Part shown: positions 1 through 16,087 of the stretch, piece after piece
How the letters are laid out: the number at the start of each line of letters is the position of its first letter
How positions within the stretch are numbered: the first letter of the stretch is position 1
Assembly: GCA_951406725.2 (NCBI GenBank)
Contig: OX597841.1
Span: 1-64,000, forward strand
Length of the DNA stretch: 64,000 bases
Direction: 5' to 3'
From: Octopus vulgaris
Taxonomy: Eukaryota
Notes under the pieces: generated by a model
Told to the model about the DNA's origin: nothing
Seen by the model: the letters and a program-made list of their open reading frames with translations, nothing else
Databases searched by the model: none
Position numbers and translations under genes: made by a program

Positions 1-44
1 CAAATCAAACAAGGAAAGTTTAAAACTCGCCAAGAAGGTTTTGA

Positions 45-98
45 AACCACCTGAAGAATGTCTCAAAGATGTGCTGACACGAAACGATCGTAGTGGTT
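45..98 (+). ncRNA. Minimal type-I hammerhead ribozyme motif (Penelope-like element associated)
   Basis: AACCAC CTGAAGA a-TGTC..GACA-c GAAA C GATC G TA GTGGTT: 6-bp stem I, core, stem II, short stem III with palindromic loop, GUA site. Confidence 0.7.
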
Positions 99-193
99 AT
101 TTATAATTGTTAACTTTTAATTTATATAAATTATTTTATGTATTGGCTTAAGTCTTTCTTTGTTTGATTTGCATAATAGTGGTTTTGTCACTA

Positions 194-258
<65 letters not shown>

Positions 259-412
259 CTGTATGTTTGTAAGTATATATATATATATTACTAATAAGAA
301 AATGGAGAAACAATTTTGTTGGTTTATCAGCTTTAGGATATTCTAATATGTGTATTCTAATTTGTGTATGTTTGTACTTATGAATGCGCATAATGAACGT
401 TTATGTAAATAC

Positions 413-591
413 CTCATCAATTGGAAGGTGACTCCAGGCATCAAGGATAGGATGTCGGAAGAAATTAGGACAGTAGGCACCATTGCATGTCTCTACGTTC
501 CAGGTTGAAGGACTTCCTATATTCATGAATGATTGATAGACTTTCGAACCAGCTTGCATTGATATGCCATATGTTTTAATCCAATGAGTAT
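413..591 (-). CDS. Gene A coding exon 2 (NTHWIKTYGISMQAGSKVYQSF...CNGAYCPNFFRHPILDAWSHLPIDE); remaining exons expected left of the window
   Basis: TTTTTTAG| acceptor, |GTATTT donor, 179 nt, open frame; not in the ORF track. Confidence 0.88.
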
Positions 592-842
592 CTAAAAAAT
601 AGAAAAGCTTTTTCTTTTTTAACTAGTAGGGGGTCATAAAAACATTCGGGACAATAAAATGTGGGGTTACATAAAAGGCGCGTAAAAAGTAAAAATAGTA
701 ACAAAATAAAATTATAACAATGAAGGATTCTCCAAAAGAGGGAAACCTCCAATCGCTGCACGCGCAGACCCCTTGAAACTACGGTCGTCCGGACCACTAG
801 AGCCCGTAACCTCTTCACATCGCCTTCCTTCAACCGACAGAC

Positions 843-1031
843 GATGAAAAAGGTAGTAGTAGTACCAATAATTGTCAGAGCTCTGGGAACAGTGAACAAA
901 AATCTCGAGAAGTACGTGGAACAAATAGGGGCTGCAATAAGGGTGAAGCACTTGCAGAAAACAGCACTGCTTGGAACCGCTCGAATACTCCGGAAGGTGC
1001 TCGAAAAATAAGAGGTGTTACCTTAGTTCAC
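843..1031 (+). mobile_element. Second short copy of the same R4/Dong-like 3' end
   Basis: Near-identical to 1712-1890. Confidence 0.8.
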
Positions 1032-1394
1032 TCAGGCCGATTGCATTACATTCACCCGCCTTTTAACAAAATTCCTGGGAAGCATTATTAACCTCTCTAC
1101 CCTAACTTTCTTTTCGAGTGAAAGTTGAAAAAGTTAATGAGAAGTTGGCCAAGGAACGAAGTGTCTATCTGAAGCCTTTTCAACCTTGTCCATCACACAA
1201 TTACTTTCGATAAGGCCACCAGATAAGGACACATAAATATGCGGACTGGTTAAATTACTTGGGGTCTAGCTTGCTCCGGACCTGCAGATGGAGAAGAACT
1301 TGGATGAGATGACGAGCGGTTTGGCCAATCTCACACAGAAACAAGCCGAGTAAAAGCTATTTCTGAAATGTCGAGTGGCAGTGGTGAATTCTTA

Positions 1395-1977
1395 CATCGC
1401 CTCTGTCATATAGCCAGGCTTGTCCATTGGACACTTTGCAACAAGTATGGACTTGACAGAGCAAAAAATTGGTACGACCACAAACCCGAAGGCATCATCG
1501 GAAAAAAATGCAAAGATCGTATGGAATTTTATGATTCAGTGCAACCATGAGATAGAGAATAGGAAGCCAGACATAGTCTTAATTGAGAAAGAAAACAAAC
1601 TATGCTGGATCATAGATATAGCATACCCACTGACAACAAGGTATACGATAAGGAAGAAAGAAAAGTCGAGAGATATGATAGGTTAGCTTGGGAAGTTAAG
1701 CAGTTGTGGTCGATGAGAAAGGTAGTAGTAGTACCAATAATTGTCAGAGCTCTGGGAACAGTGAACAAAAATCTCGAGAAGTACGTGGAACAAATAGGGG
1801 CTGCAATAAGGGTGGAGCACTTGCAGAAAACAGCAGTGCTTTGGAACCGCTCGAATACTCCGGAAGGTGCTCGAAAAATAAGAGGTGTTACTGGTAGTGA
1901 ACAGCTGACACCTTAGTACATCTCCAGTGTTAGAAGCTGTGCAAAGGCAATAACAACAACAACAACAACAACAACAA
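1395..1977 (+). mobile_element. R4/Dong-like LINE 3' fragment (RLE domain) with (CAA)n tail, in gene A intron 1
   Basis: VHWTLC..WYDHKPE, IENRKPDIVLIEK..IIDIAYP, KVERYDRLAWEVKQLW, LQKTA; frameshifted. Confidence 0.85.
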
Positions 1978-2175
1978 GCATTTCTACTGGGTAAAGGAAA
2001 TTGGAATAGACTGCCCAGTAGATCTGTTACAAAAGGTTTGCTTCCTTGGCATGGCCAGAATAATGAGGAAAATATTAGCTGAAAAGAATGGATAGCATAG
2101 AACTGTAGACTGCATATAGCAAGTCCGCTACGCATATGAGATTCCAGGAACTCCAACAAAACCTTGATAAAGAGA

Positions 2176-2262
<87 letters not shown>

Positions 2263-2394
2263 TGAACGAACTATTGAGTTTAGTTTAATGGTCTACCAAT
2301 GCATACTATGAGTTTCTTTGCCCTAGGAGTCGGGAAGACACTCGGCAAGAAATGGAAGCAAATTTGAAAGAAGAAAAAAAGAATAATAAAATAA

Positions 2395-2438
<44 letters not shown>

Positions 2439-2534
2439 CAACAACAACAACAACAACAACAACAACAACGACGACGACAACAACAACAGCAACAACAACA
2501 ACAATAATTTCTTTAATAATAATACTTCACTTAC

Positions 2535-2862
2535 TTTTAAAGAAGGAAATCTCCTTGGTGTCATTCGTGCTGACGACTGTCATAAAATTATTCGGTGCGT
2601 AAATCTTACAGATATGGCTGACTTTGTTGTAAGTGAAAATTTGTGATTGGCTCCTTTGAGCGAGCGCGGTACAGTCGAATAGGTTTCGTGTTGAGAAGAA
2701 TTCTTGTGCTGGAGATGCCTGAAGGTAAGCATATGTATAACCAGGGCCCAAAGATTTGTAGTAGCCGTCAAGTTCCTGATCTGCGTTAACAACCAGAATT
2801 GTTGTAAGGGTTAACAGCAGGACTTTCGTTGCAGTCGGACGAGTAAATTGTAACCGGGACAT
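2535..2862 (-). CDS. Gene A coding exon 1: signal peptide + degenerate PAN/apple-like module
   Basis: ATG at 2862; VLLLTLTTILVVNA signal-like stretch; donor A|GTAAGT; 328 nt. Confidence 0.88.
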
Positions 2863-3629
2863 TTCTTGGCGTTAAGATTATCAGAGGGGAAAGAAAAAGT
2901 ATGGAAGAGAAAGAAAGAGAAGGAGAGAGGGTAGAGAGATTAAAGGAAGGGACGTTGTGAAACTTAATATATAAGGAGAGAAAGGGAAAGAGAGAAACCG
3001 AGAGAGCGAAAATGTGTTAGAGAGTAGCGGAGATTATTCCTGAAAGGAGAAAGATAGAATGATATGAAGGAAATAGACCACGTGTGAAATGAAGGAAGTC
3101 TGAGAAAGAAAACAAAAAATGAATAAATTACAATTTAGAAAAAAATCTATATATATATAATAATTAGTGATATCAATATACGCACAGGCCTTGGATAAGA
3201 TTTTTAACTGCATCCCGTAGCAGAGCCCTGGTTGAAGAGTGCGGAAGCACTTTTTAGCATTCGCTGTTCCCAGGTTTATCCTGGTCCGGGGTCGTAGTAC
3301 CTGTCATGGTCCCAGCGATGTATTAATTAGAATGCGCGTTAGCCTAATAGAGATGAGGTTGTGGGGACACAAATCATGGGGAAAGAAAGCCCTAATTCCA
3401 GACCTCCGATACAAAAGGTTTGCGTCCCACAGCCGTAGGGAAAATTTAGTGTAGAAACTCCAGGAAAAATCCGGAATGAGAGCCCCCTGAGATATTTCGA
3501 CTAGGTCTACAACCTCGTTCATGCAATGCCTGCGTCGAAGCTGATACGAAATTGTAACATTCCTTGCTGTTTCTTTGCTGTTGCTGTTGAGCGAAGCGGT
3601 CTTCGTCCCAGAGCTCGCAGTGAGAGAAG

Positions 3630-3960
3630 CCCGAAACGTGGTCCTCTGCTATTCGTAAGACCCGCAGAAGAGAAAGCAGGTCCAACCCCCCCCCCCGACA
3701 CCGAGAGCATCGACGGATGGATGAATGCGCATCCAGGCTCAGCGGTTGCGTAGGAAGTCGGGGACAAGAAACAGGAAGAAAGAGTGAGAGAAAGTTGGGG
3801 TGAAAGAGTACAACAGGGGTCGCCCCCACCCCCTGGCGGAGCCTCGTGGAGCTTTAGGTGTTTTCGCTCAATAAACACACACAACGCCCGGTCTGGAAAT
3901 CGAAACCGCGATCCTCCGACCGCGAGTCCGCTGCCCTAACCACTGGGCCATTGCGACTCC
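3630..3960 (-). mobile_element. tRNA-derived SINE family 2
   Basis: Head ggagtcgcaatggcccagtggttagggcagcggac...ggtttcgatttcc; related heads at 5779, 13045, 13622 and 51725. Confidence 0.75.
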
Positions 3961-4338
3961 GCTTGCTGTTCCTTTGAATCTATTAGGGACCTGGAGAAGT
4001 GAGACACATTACATGGGCAACAACATGTTGTCCATAGCATCCTACCCAGGCTTGGGTTACATCGAACACTCTGTACTAGAAAGAAAGAACCGGACAACAG
4101 ACAGGAGAGGAAGAACATTACAGCTGAACAGCAGGGTGAGAGCCCACAAGTGTGACTCCGGTGGCAGGGACTACCATTTGTGTATAGCAGTGTTGAGACA
4201 CAGACAAGGCTTTTCCAGTTGGGTGAACAAATAGGGTCTTCGTTCATGGTCATTAATGACAGAAAGAGACCAGAAAATATAGACGTAAGCGTAGACGTGA
4301 AGTTAAAGAGTTTGCTTTGCAACTATGAAGTTTCAGGA

Positions 4339-4535
4339 TCGGTCCCGTTAACTATTTAAAAAAAAAATCGGTCCCGTGACTATTTAAAAAAAAATCGGTC
4401 CCGTGACTATTTAAAAAAAAAATCGGTCCCGTGAATATTTTTTAAAAAATCGGTCCCGTGACTATTTAAAAAAAAAAAATCGGTCCCGTGACTATTTTTT
4501 AAAAAATCGGTCCCGTGACTATTTAAAAAAAAAAA
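4339..4535. repeat. Minisatellite, ~7 units of ATCGGTCCCGTGACTATTT(A)n (~28 bp)
   Basis: Direct tandem repeats. Confidence 0.9.
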
Positions 4536-4643
4536 TTTCTCTGGGACAATCAATGCCGTGTGAGTCAATTTAATAAATAGAAACTACGCAGAATCCCGTT
4601 GTATCTTTTGGTGTGGGTCTGTGAGTGTGCTGCGTGTGTGTGC

Positions 4644-4677
<34 letters not shown>

Positions 4678-4959
4678 TTCTAGTTACCACAAAAACAAGA
4701 TTGATCTTTGCAGCTCTATACTTTTTCACAACTGGCCGGCTCTGAAATGCTCATATCTTTCAGCTGTTACGTGTCATTAGACAGGCGGCACTGCTAAGTA
4801 AATGCATACACTTCGAGATAAAGAGGCAACCTTTTGCTACTCGGACAGTGAATGAAATGCTTTGAAACTGGTCTGTTCTGTGCCCGAAGTAAAGGAAGCC
4901 AGCCAGGTATCTTCCAGCGACTCGAGGGCTTTCTGAAGTAAACCACACTCATTAGCATT

Positions 4960-5372
<413 letters not shown>

Positions 5373-5513
5373 TGGATGTTAGGGGGTCAGGTATATCTAA
5401 AATTGAGGAATACAACATACATAGTTATATATCCATGTGTTACATGTATATATACCTGTGCAGGTATATATACACACATACACATATATATATCTGTATT
5501 TATCTATCTATCT

Positions 5514-5575
<62 letters not shown>

Positions 5576-6207
5576 TAAATTAGAGATAAAACCATTATTA
5601 GGCAAATCAAACAGTGAAAAACATAAACCAAAACATAAAAATAAAAATAATTAATATAATTGACAAAATTAGGCCTTTTTGCCTGATAAAATATCAGTTG
5701 ACAGTTGGTCGACCGTATTGGTTTCTGTGTCAGTGCAACGTGTGTTGGTATAGTATTGTACCTACGTTCGAGTGTGAAGGCGCAACGACTCAGTGGTTAG
5801 GGTAGCGGACTCGCGGTGGTACGATCGCGGTTTCGACTCCTAGATAGGGGCGTTGTGTTTATTCAGGAGAAAACACCTAAAGCTCCAATATATTCAGACG
5901 AGCTGGTCACAGCTGGAATATCTTTGGCCATAAGTTTCCTCGGTTGGGGATGGAGTGCTACTCGAACAACATTAACAGAAACGAAAGAATTACGAAGCCA
6001 TTACAATATTGTTCCTTTACGAACGATGTTTGGAACATATCTGGCCATAGTTCTGCTTCATCAGGTTCGATCTGAGTATTAGATAATAACACAAATTCTC
6101 GTTCGACTTCACAATGCACGCACACAGACACACACACATAACACATACACACACACACACTTACACGCACTCACACACACCAGAAATTGTGAGGAAAACC
6201 TGCTTAC

Positions 6208-6900
6208 TTTCAACGAGGAAGAGGGCCGTCCACACACTTTAGGTAGTTTTGGGATGTATTGATGTCAGGACTACTCCTTAATGTCACAACTTGTCTCTGC
6301 TCTCCCTAGTGTCTTCTGCTGTGAATATTTCCCTCTGCTACTCACATCTGTTACCCACAGACGTCAGTACTCTTCATAAATTCTAGCACTGGCCACTGCT
6401 CTTAGTCTTATGTTCTCGTATCACTCTTACTTACAGACTCGAGTGTGTTCATAATGACCAAAAGACACAGACTGTCCACTGCCTGCTGTCAGTACCATCC
6501 CATCAAATCAGTATTTCTCCACAGAGATATCGCCTTTGATTGCAACGAAGAAGGACCAGAACAGAAACATGCACTTCACTAAACATACAGAAAAAATGCG
6601 GCTGAGTAGTAATTAAAAGTCGTTTCGATGTTATTAGTGTCGTTGCTGTGGTTGTGAGTGTGGCGTTATAGCATTAGTAACAGGTAATGCGATCTTTTGT
6701 TCTGAGATAAAAGCTGAAAAGTGAAGACCGCTATACAGAAGACTTCCAATCTAGAAAGGCTTTTAAATACATCGATGTAGATGAGGCAACGAGTATTTGT
6801 TCATGGTTCTGCATCCGTACTCATTCGATTTTAATTGTCGATGACAAGTGTCATCTTTCCGTAATTTTATCAGAAACACGCTCGATTGCATTTGCTTTCA
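6208..6900 (-). other. Conserved upstream non-coding block, candidate 5' UTR leader exon of gene A
   Basis: Alignable by eye with 37862-38560; ends at GAAA|GTAAGC donor; stop codons in the frame tested. Confidence 0.5.
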
Positions 6901-7040
6901 TTAAAAGCCTTTCAAACATCAAATCACAAACAATATTTCCGATAATGTTCGCATGTTTTTACATGTATTCTGGAAACTATCGTTGCTTCTTAATTACAAA
7001 CACTTTCTCTCGCGCCCGTGCGCGCACGCACGCACACACG

Positions 7041-7071
<31 letters not shown>

Positions 7072-7171
7072 ACACACTCACACACACACGTACAAATAGA
7101 GCGATTAAAAATTCATGCCCTGTGAAAGCCATATAGTAACTATAAGTCCATTTATAGTGTGTGAAAAGATT

Positions 7172-7216
<45 letters not shown>

Positions 7217-7349
7217 ATGCATATATATATATATATATGTATGTATGTATTTATGTATGTATGTAGGTAGGTATGTATATATATGCATGTATATATGTGT
7301 GTATCTGTGTGTCTGTAAGTGTACGCGCATATATATGTGTGTGTATGTA

Positions 7350-7412
<63 letters not shown>

Positions 7413-7415
<3 letters not shown>

Positions 7416-7579
7416 CGCAGGAGTGGCTGTGTGGTAAGTAGCTTGTTTACCAACCACATGGTTCCAGGTTCAGTCCCACTGCGTGGCACCTTGGGCAAGT
7501 GTCTTCTATAAAGCCTCGGGCCGACTGAAACCTTGTGAGTGGATTTGGTAGACGGAAACTGAAAGAAGCCCGTCATATA

Positions 7580-7643
<64 letters not shown>

Positions 7644-7850
7644 TGTTTGTGTGTCTGTGTTTGTCCCCCCAACATTGCTTGACAACCGATGCTGGTGTGT
7701 TCATGTCCCCGTTACTTAGCGGTTCGGCAAAAGAGACCGATAGAATAAGTACTGGGCTTACAAAAGAATAAGTCCTGGGGTCGAGTTGCTTGATTAAAGG
7801 TGGTGCTCCAGCATGGCCGCAGTCAAATGACTGAAACAAGTAAAAGAGTA
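7413..7850 (+). mobile_element. tRNA-derived SINE family 1, full copy with internal (TA)n
   Basis: A-box TGGCTGTGTGG, B-box GGTTCAGTCCC, CORE-like ccttgggcaagt; many copies in the window. Confidence 0.85.
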
Positions 7851-7852
7851 TA

Positions 7853-9065
7853 TCTCTCTATATATTAACGGCAGTTTGTCTGTCTGTGTGTCTGTGTGTC
7901 TGTCAGGTTGTACCCTCACCCTGACCACGGCTTTCAACAGATTCTGATGAAACTTGACACCACATAAGCCCAATGTCATAATTCAAAACTAACGCAGCGA
8001 AAATTTTGAAAAGTTTCCCCAGTTCTGAAATCTCTCTCTATATAAACGGCAGTTTGTCTGTTTGTGTGCCTGTGTGTCTGTCAATTTGTACCCTCACCCT
8101 GACCACGGCTTTCAACCGATTCTGATGCAACATATTTTCTGTTGTAGTTTTCGGAACTTGCAATCGATTTTCACCAAACTCATGGTGAAGCTTAATGTTA
8201 CCTAAGAAACTTAATTCTGACGTTAGTTTTCCATGCAATAACCTTACCATCAGAAAAAATCGATAAAATCATGCCATTTTGGGAAATCGCGTTCAAATTC
8301 AAGATGACATATTTTCGACAATATCTTTCACAAATTGGCAGGATTTAAAAAAAAAATTCACAGCGAGCATCATGTCTGTTCCAAGGAGCTATATGGCCCT
8401 TTTTATTCCAATAGGATACTTTATTAGTGGAAAAAATCGGTTAATTAAATCATATGTGGCACACATAGCAAACCGATTTGTGTATTAAACACAAACCACA
8501 GACTGTCTAGGGGACGCAACTCGACCTTTTTAACTCTCGGAACACGTGGGGTAAGTATCCCAAAATGTATAAAAATGTACAAAAACGGCAAAAAAGGCGG
8601 GAAGCAATGTGAGTGACAACAACGAAAAAGTCAAAAGTGACCAAACTGAACAAACGAATGGAAAAGGGTTTTTGGGGCACACGATAAAAGCGGTTTATGA
8701 TAAACCAAGAGTTTGCAAGTAGCGTCCGAGGACCCTTAGGGTACGTCAAAAATTTAAGGTAAAACGTTTGGGGTGGTAGTTATAAAGAAAGTTTAAACAA
8801 AAAAAGTATTCGAATAACTTGCGGCTGCAGCAGCTATTAGCAGAAGTGGCGGTGTTGGGGGTAAAGTCTCGAATGTAATTTCTTTCTGGTAGGAATTGGT
8901 TGGGTTGAATTATCGATAACTGTTTGATAGTTATTTGGGAGTGAAGAGAAGACATTGCAACCTACACATGCGCCTTCGTTCCCTAGAGGGAAAGGACTAG
9001 ATTGGGATTAGTTGTTGCCTACTTGGGGCTCTTACCTACCCGGGCAACGCCGGGCTATGCTGCTA

Positions 9066-9066
<1 letters not shown>
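7853..9066 (+). mobile_element. Non-autonomous Helitron with duplicated 5' end (7853 and 8031)
   Basis: A|TC start, subterminal hairpin CCCGGGCAACGCCGGG (9039-9054), CTAG|T end, no TSD. Confidence 0.75.
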
Positions 9067-9143
<77 letters not shown>

Positions 9144-9303
9144 TTGTATAAAGTCAACATAACGTGACAGTCCCGTAAAGGGAATTACACCACTGTTATT
9201 TAGCCCTAGGAAGCATCGACGCTTCCTGTCGGCTTTGACACATTTCCTGTGTCCTTATATTTGCAAAGGGGAGGCAAGCACCCCCACCAGCTAGGACCAG
9301 CAA

Positions 9304-9349
9304 CCTGAAGACACGCATGTTTCTGGGTCTTGCCCGTCATCAGTCCAGG
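9304..9349 (-). ncRNA. Minimal type-I hammerhead ribozyme motif
   Basis: CCTGGA CTGATGA cGGG caaga CCCa GAAA CA TGCG TG TC TTCAGG; GUC cleavage triplet. Confidence 0.7.
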
Positions 9350-9599
9350 GTGGCGTGTCCCCGCTAGCGGTGATTCTTGCCAGGCCTTCGCAAATATATC
9401 TATTTACAGTGAAATCTATTCACTGGTCATCGTGAAAATATTTTATGCACCGCTTGTTGCGCTTATTCGTCCGTAGCAAATCGAAGATCTTGTAAAGCAC
9501 TAATTCCCAAAGCTTTTCGGGCTGCCGTCCCCTTGACACCTGGGCCACATTCCTAGCGCCTCCCTTACTCACCAACGCAGGCATAAACCAGTTTCTACA

Positions 9600-10700
9600 G
9601 CAAACTTCAAAACAACGGTATTTCAGAAATAAAACATGACCTATTTAGCCCATTATTTTGTTGTTTTTACATCCATAACCACCTTTTAGCCACCCCGTTA
9701 TCGCCCTACTTTCTTTCAACGCCTCACCCCTGTATCATGTAGCGCTCCCAGTGGGGCAGTACCGCAGTGGAGCAGAACTGCTGTCGTAAAGAACATTTGA
9801 TTGGTCCAAAGAGATGATAGTCGGAAGGGGCGAGATCTGGATTAAATGGAGGATGTTCCAACAACTTGAAATCCAATTTTCAATTGTTTCAACGGTGTGG
9901 GTGGCTGAATATGGGCGTGCATTGTCTTACAATAATAGACATCGGCGTTTGTTACGAATTGCTGGTTTCCCTTTGTTAACCAACATTTCACTGTAGACCC
10001 CTCTTAAGGGACAATGTTGCAATATAGACCCTTTTGCATCCCCAAAACGCTTACCATCACGTTTTTCTGCCGAAGGTTGAATCTTGAATTTCTTTTCCAC
10101 TGGTGATTTGTGTCGTTTCCGCTTCATACTAATCCTTTTGGATTCTGGCTCAAAGTTATGGGCCCCGATTTCATCAATCGTGTCTACTCTCCCTCAAAAC
10201 AACTTTAGCTTCATCGCTGAAGCGTTCGAGTTAGAATTGACAAAAATCCACACGATTGCGCTTATTCACATCGAAAAGCTCTCTTGGCGCCCTTCTCGTA
10301 CTAACTCCGCAGAACCGAAGCTTGTCGCGGCTGCAGAATCATAATAATTTGCAGAGAATAAGCCATCTCATCAATGGGCAATCGTTGGTTCGCCAGAAGC
10401 ATTTCTGTAAATTGTTGAATCTCCACGTCACCGGTGACGGTTAATGGGTGTCCTTATCACTCCTCGTATTTCACGCTTGTCCGGCCATTTAAAACATCTC
10501 GCTCTTCTCGTAAATACTTCTACGCAGTAGAGCGCTGTTCCTTAATTGTATTGAAAGCCTGCGAAGAATTGCAGCCCCTGACACACATTCAGATTAGAGA
10601 AGCAGTTTCACTGATCCATATTTTCCCTTGGTGCACACTTCCAGTAGGGCTGCCACGTTTGTTCTGTAACACAAGAATAGAAGCTGGAGAGAGATCAAAG
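9600..10700 (-). mobile_element. Tc1/mariner (mariner-type) transposase relic
   Basis: Fragments TIDEIGAHNFEPESKR, KKFKIQPSA, DNARPY and HPPFNPDLAPSDYHLFGPIK (YSPDLAPSD motif) with stops and frameshifts; boundaries approximate. Confidence 0.85.
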
Positions 10701-10851
10701 TGAAACGTCGGTCACGAAATCAGAAGCGTACCACCCTTTAACACGCCACTGATGAAGCTAGAGCGACCAACCGAAAGACTGTTTAGGGGAAACGCCGGAT
10801 ATTGTTTCACTTTCCTTTGTATAATTAGTATCATTGTTCTGATTTCTGATT

Positions 10852-11272
10852 TACTCTTTTTCTTTTTCTCTTTTTACTTGTTTCAGTCATTTGACTGCGG
10901 CCATGCTGGAGCACCGCCTTTAGTCAGGCAAATCGACCCCGGGACTTATTCTTTGTAAGCCCAGTACTTATTCTATCGGTCTCTTTTGCCGAACCGCTAA
11001 GTAACGGGGACGTAAACACACCAGCATCGGTTGTCAAGCAATGCTAGGGGAACAAACACAGACACACAAACATATTCACACACACTTATATATATATATA
11101 CATATATACGACAGGCTTCTTTCAGTTTCCGTCTACCAAATCCACTCACAAGGCATTGGTCGGCCCGGGGCTATAGCAGAAGGCACTTGCCCAAGATGCC
11201 ACGCAGTGGGACTGAACCCGGAACCATGTGGTTGGTAAGCAAGCTACTTACCACACAGCCACTCCTGCGCCT
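10852..11272 (-). mobile_element. SINE family 1, full copy
   Basis: Reverse complement of 7413-7850. Confidence 0.85.
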
Positions 11273-11520
11273 ATTTGTTGACAGTTTTTTTCCCAAAAAA
11301 TGATATATCGATAAAACATGAGATATCCACATACACGCACAACGCATGCGCGAGCACACACATGTACGCACACCCACACACCCCACACACAGACACAAAC
11401 ACATTTCTCTTTCACGTCACGCACACATTTGCTCAAGCGAACGTGTTTCTCATTGTTTTCAACGAAATCGACGTCCGAATCACTCGAGACAGACGGACAG
11501 ACAGACAGACACACACCCAC

Positions 11521-11602
<82 letters not shown>

Positions 11603-11637
11603 ACATACACATCCACACATGCACCCACCCACCCACC

Positions 11638-11726
<89 letters not shown>

Positions 11727-11810
11727 ACACACACACTCACACACACATACACACACGCACACACACACATACACACACACACACTCACACACACACACGC
11801 ACGCAAGCAT

Positions 11811-11847
<37 letters not shown>

Positions 11848-11972
11848 ATGGGCCTCCTTCAGTTTCGTCCAGTCATCGTGAGGCCATAGTCGAAGACACT
11901 TGGCCAAGGTGCCATGCAGTGGGATTGAACCTAGTATCACGTCGTTGGGAAGCAAGCTTCTTACCTCTCACT

Positions 11973-12023
<51 letters not shown>

Positions 12024-12237
12024 TCAAGCAAGCAGCTTCTTCCGTTTGTTTTCAACCGAGTTGGCTTCTAACTCAGTCGGGACACACAGAAACACGCACA
12101 CAAAACCGCGCTCAAACAGGTCTTTTCCTTTAATTTCAGGCGAAATCAACGTTCAACTCATTCCAACGCAAACACGTCCAAACATGTTTTATATCTCTCA
12201 TTAAGCCGTATTGACGTCCAACACACACACACACACA

Positions 12238-12277
<40 letters not shown>

Positions 12278-12422
12278 CACACACGTACATACACACGTAC
12301 ACATAATCATAATTTTTCGGTGTTGTCAGCCAATCTAACGATTGATTCACTCTGGACACACAAACAGGCTTTTTTTTTTCTTCTTAGATTTCAGCTGTTT
12401 TGACGTCCGACACACACACACA

Positions 12423-12513
<91 letters not shown>

Positions 12514-12607
12514 GCATATTAATTCCTGTCTTTCCAACTGTATGACGTTTGGCTCACTTTCTCTCTATCTATCACACAAACACACACACACACACACACA
12601 CACAAAT

Positions 12608-12673
<66 letters not shown>

Positions 12674-13044
12674 TTATAATTCTTCAGTGTTGTTAGCAAA
12701 TTTAACGACTGACTCGAGGCCAGAGGTTTTTTCATACATTTCAGCCGTTTTGACGTACGACACACTCCACACACACACGCGCACGCACACGCACACACAC
12801 ATGCATACACACACGCACACATCCATAAACATCCACACACATACACACACATACAAACACAAACTCAAACTCTCTCTCTCCCTCTCTCTCTCTCTCTCTC
12901 ACACGCACGTCCCTTCATTTATTTCCAGTCGAATTGACGTCGGACTCACAGGAAACATAGACACACAAAGAGATTTCTTTTTCTTTTTAGCCAAATTGAC
13001 ACCCGACTTACTCACAAAAGCAAGTTTATTTCGTAGATATGTAG

Positions 13045-13985
<941 letters not shown>

Positions 13986-13989
13986 ATAT

Positions 13990-14395
13990 ACTCTTTTTTA
14001 CTCTTTTTACTTGTTTCAGTCATTTGACTGCGGCCATGCTGGAGCACCGCCTTTAGTCGTGCAAATCGACCCCGGGACTTATTCTTTGTAAGCCCAGTAC
14101 TTATTCTATCGGTCTTCTTTTGCCGAACCGCTAAGTTACGGGGACGTAAACACACCAGCATCGGTTGTCAAGCAATGCTAGGGGAACAAACACAGACACA
14201 CAAACATATACACACACACTTATATATACATATATACGACAGGCTTCTTTCAGTTTCCGTCTACCAAATCCACTCACAAGGCATTGGTCGGCCCGGGGCT
14301 ATAGCAGAAGACACTTACTCAAGATGCCACGCAGTGGGACTGAACCCGGAACCATGTGGTTGGTTAGCAAGCTACTTACCAAACAGCCACTCCTG

Positions 14396-14400
<5 letters not shown>
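13990..14400 (-). mobile_element. SINE family 1, full copy
   Basis: Reverse complement of 7413-7850. Confidence 0.85.
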
Positions 14401-14452
<52 letters not shown>

Positions 14453-14453
<1 letters not shown>

Positions 14454-14772
14454 GACTCCGCCGGTTACGACGACGAGAGTTCCAGCTGATACGATTAACG
14501 GAACAGCTTGCTCGTGAAATTAACGTGCAAATGGCTGAGCATTCCACAGACACGTGTACCCTTAACGTAGTTCTCGGGGATAATCAGCGTGACACAGAGA
14601 GTGACAAGGCTGACCCTTTGAAATACAAGTACAACTCATTTTTGCCAGCTGAATGGACTGGAGCAACGTGAAATAAAGTGTCTTGCTCAAGGACACAACG
14701 CGTCGCCGGGAATCGAACTCACAACCTTACGATCATGAGCCGAATGCCCTAACCACTAAGCCACGCGCCCTC
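14453..14772 (-). mobile_element. tRNA-headed SINE sharing its 3' domain with 13855-13982
   Basis: Head gggcgcgtggcttagtggttagg...gagttcgattccc; tail is the reverse complement of 13855-13982. Confidence 0.75.
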
Positions 14773-15081
14773 ACATATATATATTCATAAAACAATGTTA
14801 TTTTATTGTTACTATAATAAAAATTTATTCATTTTTATTCATACTAATAGAGTATATTCAATTTTGTTGGGATTTTAATTTGGCGTGCCGTAAAATAGAA
14901 AAAGTTTGTCAGACGCTGTTCAAGACAAACACACACTTCAGCAAGCGAACGTCTTTTTCGTTGGTTTCAACGAAATTGACGTCCGAATCACTTGAAACAG
15001 ACACACACAGACACACACACACACACACATTCAAGCAGGTTCTTCCGTTTGTTTTCAATCGAATTGACTTCAACATTAGTC

Positions 15082-15119
<38 letters not shown>

Positions 15120-15189
15120 GACACACACACACATTCAAGCAGGTTCTTTCGTTTGTTTTCAATCGAATTGACTTCAACATTAGTCGAGA

Positions 15190-15314
<125 letters not shown>

Positions 15315-15437
15315 GTCCTTTCCATTGTTTTCCATTGTTTTCAGCCGAATCGACGTCCAACTCATTCGAACGAAAACATGTACAAACAGGTTTTTTTTTC
15401 GCTCATTTTAAGCCTTATTGACGCCCAACACAAGCAT

Positions 15438-15529
<92 letters not shown>

Positions 15530-15650
15530 ACAGAAACAAACTCACACAGTCTTTCCGTTCGTTGTCGGCTGATTTGATGCCAAACTCACGTTACACATAC
15601 AGACACTCACACAGGATTTTTCGCCCGTTTTAAGCCGTTTTGACGTCCAA

Positions 15651-15747
<97 letters not shown>

Positions 15748-16087
15748 TCATAGACACAGACACATATTTACACAGGATTTTTCGTTCGTCCTCAGTTGAT
15801 TTGATGTCAAACTCACACTACACATACACCCATTCATATACACACATAAACATGATTTTCCCGCTCGATATAAGCCATATTGATGTCGAACACACACATA
15901 CACATACACACACACACACACACGCACGTATACGCGCACACTCACACACATACATACATACACACACACAAACATATTTATTCGTTGTTTTTAGCTGTAT
16001 GACGTCCATTTGGCACATTAATATACATTTCCAAGCTCAATTCCTGGAGTTATTTCACTTATTTTAGAAATTTTTTTAAAGAAAGTT

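Noticed and set aside
4339-4535. CRISPR-like short repeats
   Set aside because: Spacers are only poly-A/T of variable length; eukaryotic context; no cas genes
10745-10790. Hammerhead candidate CTGATGA...CCGAAA
   Set aside because: Stems I and II do not pair convincingly
11031-11303. Recurrent [27 protein letters not shown] seen many times
   Set aside because: Antisense translation of the SINE family 1 head
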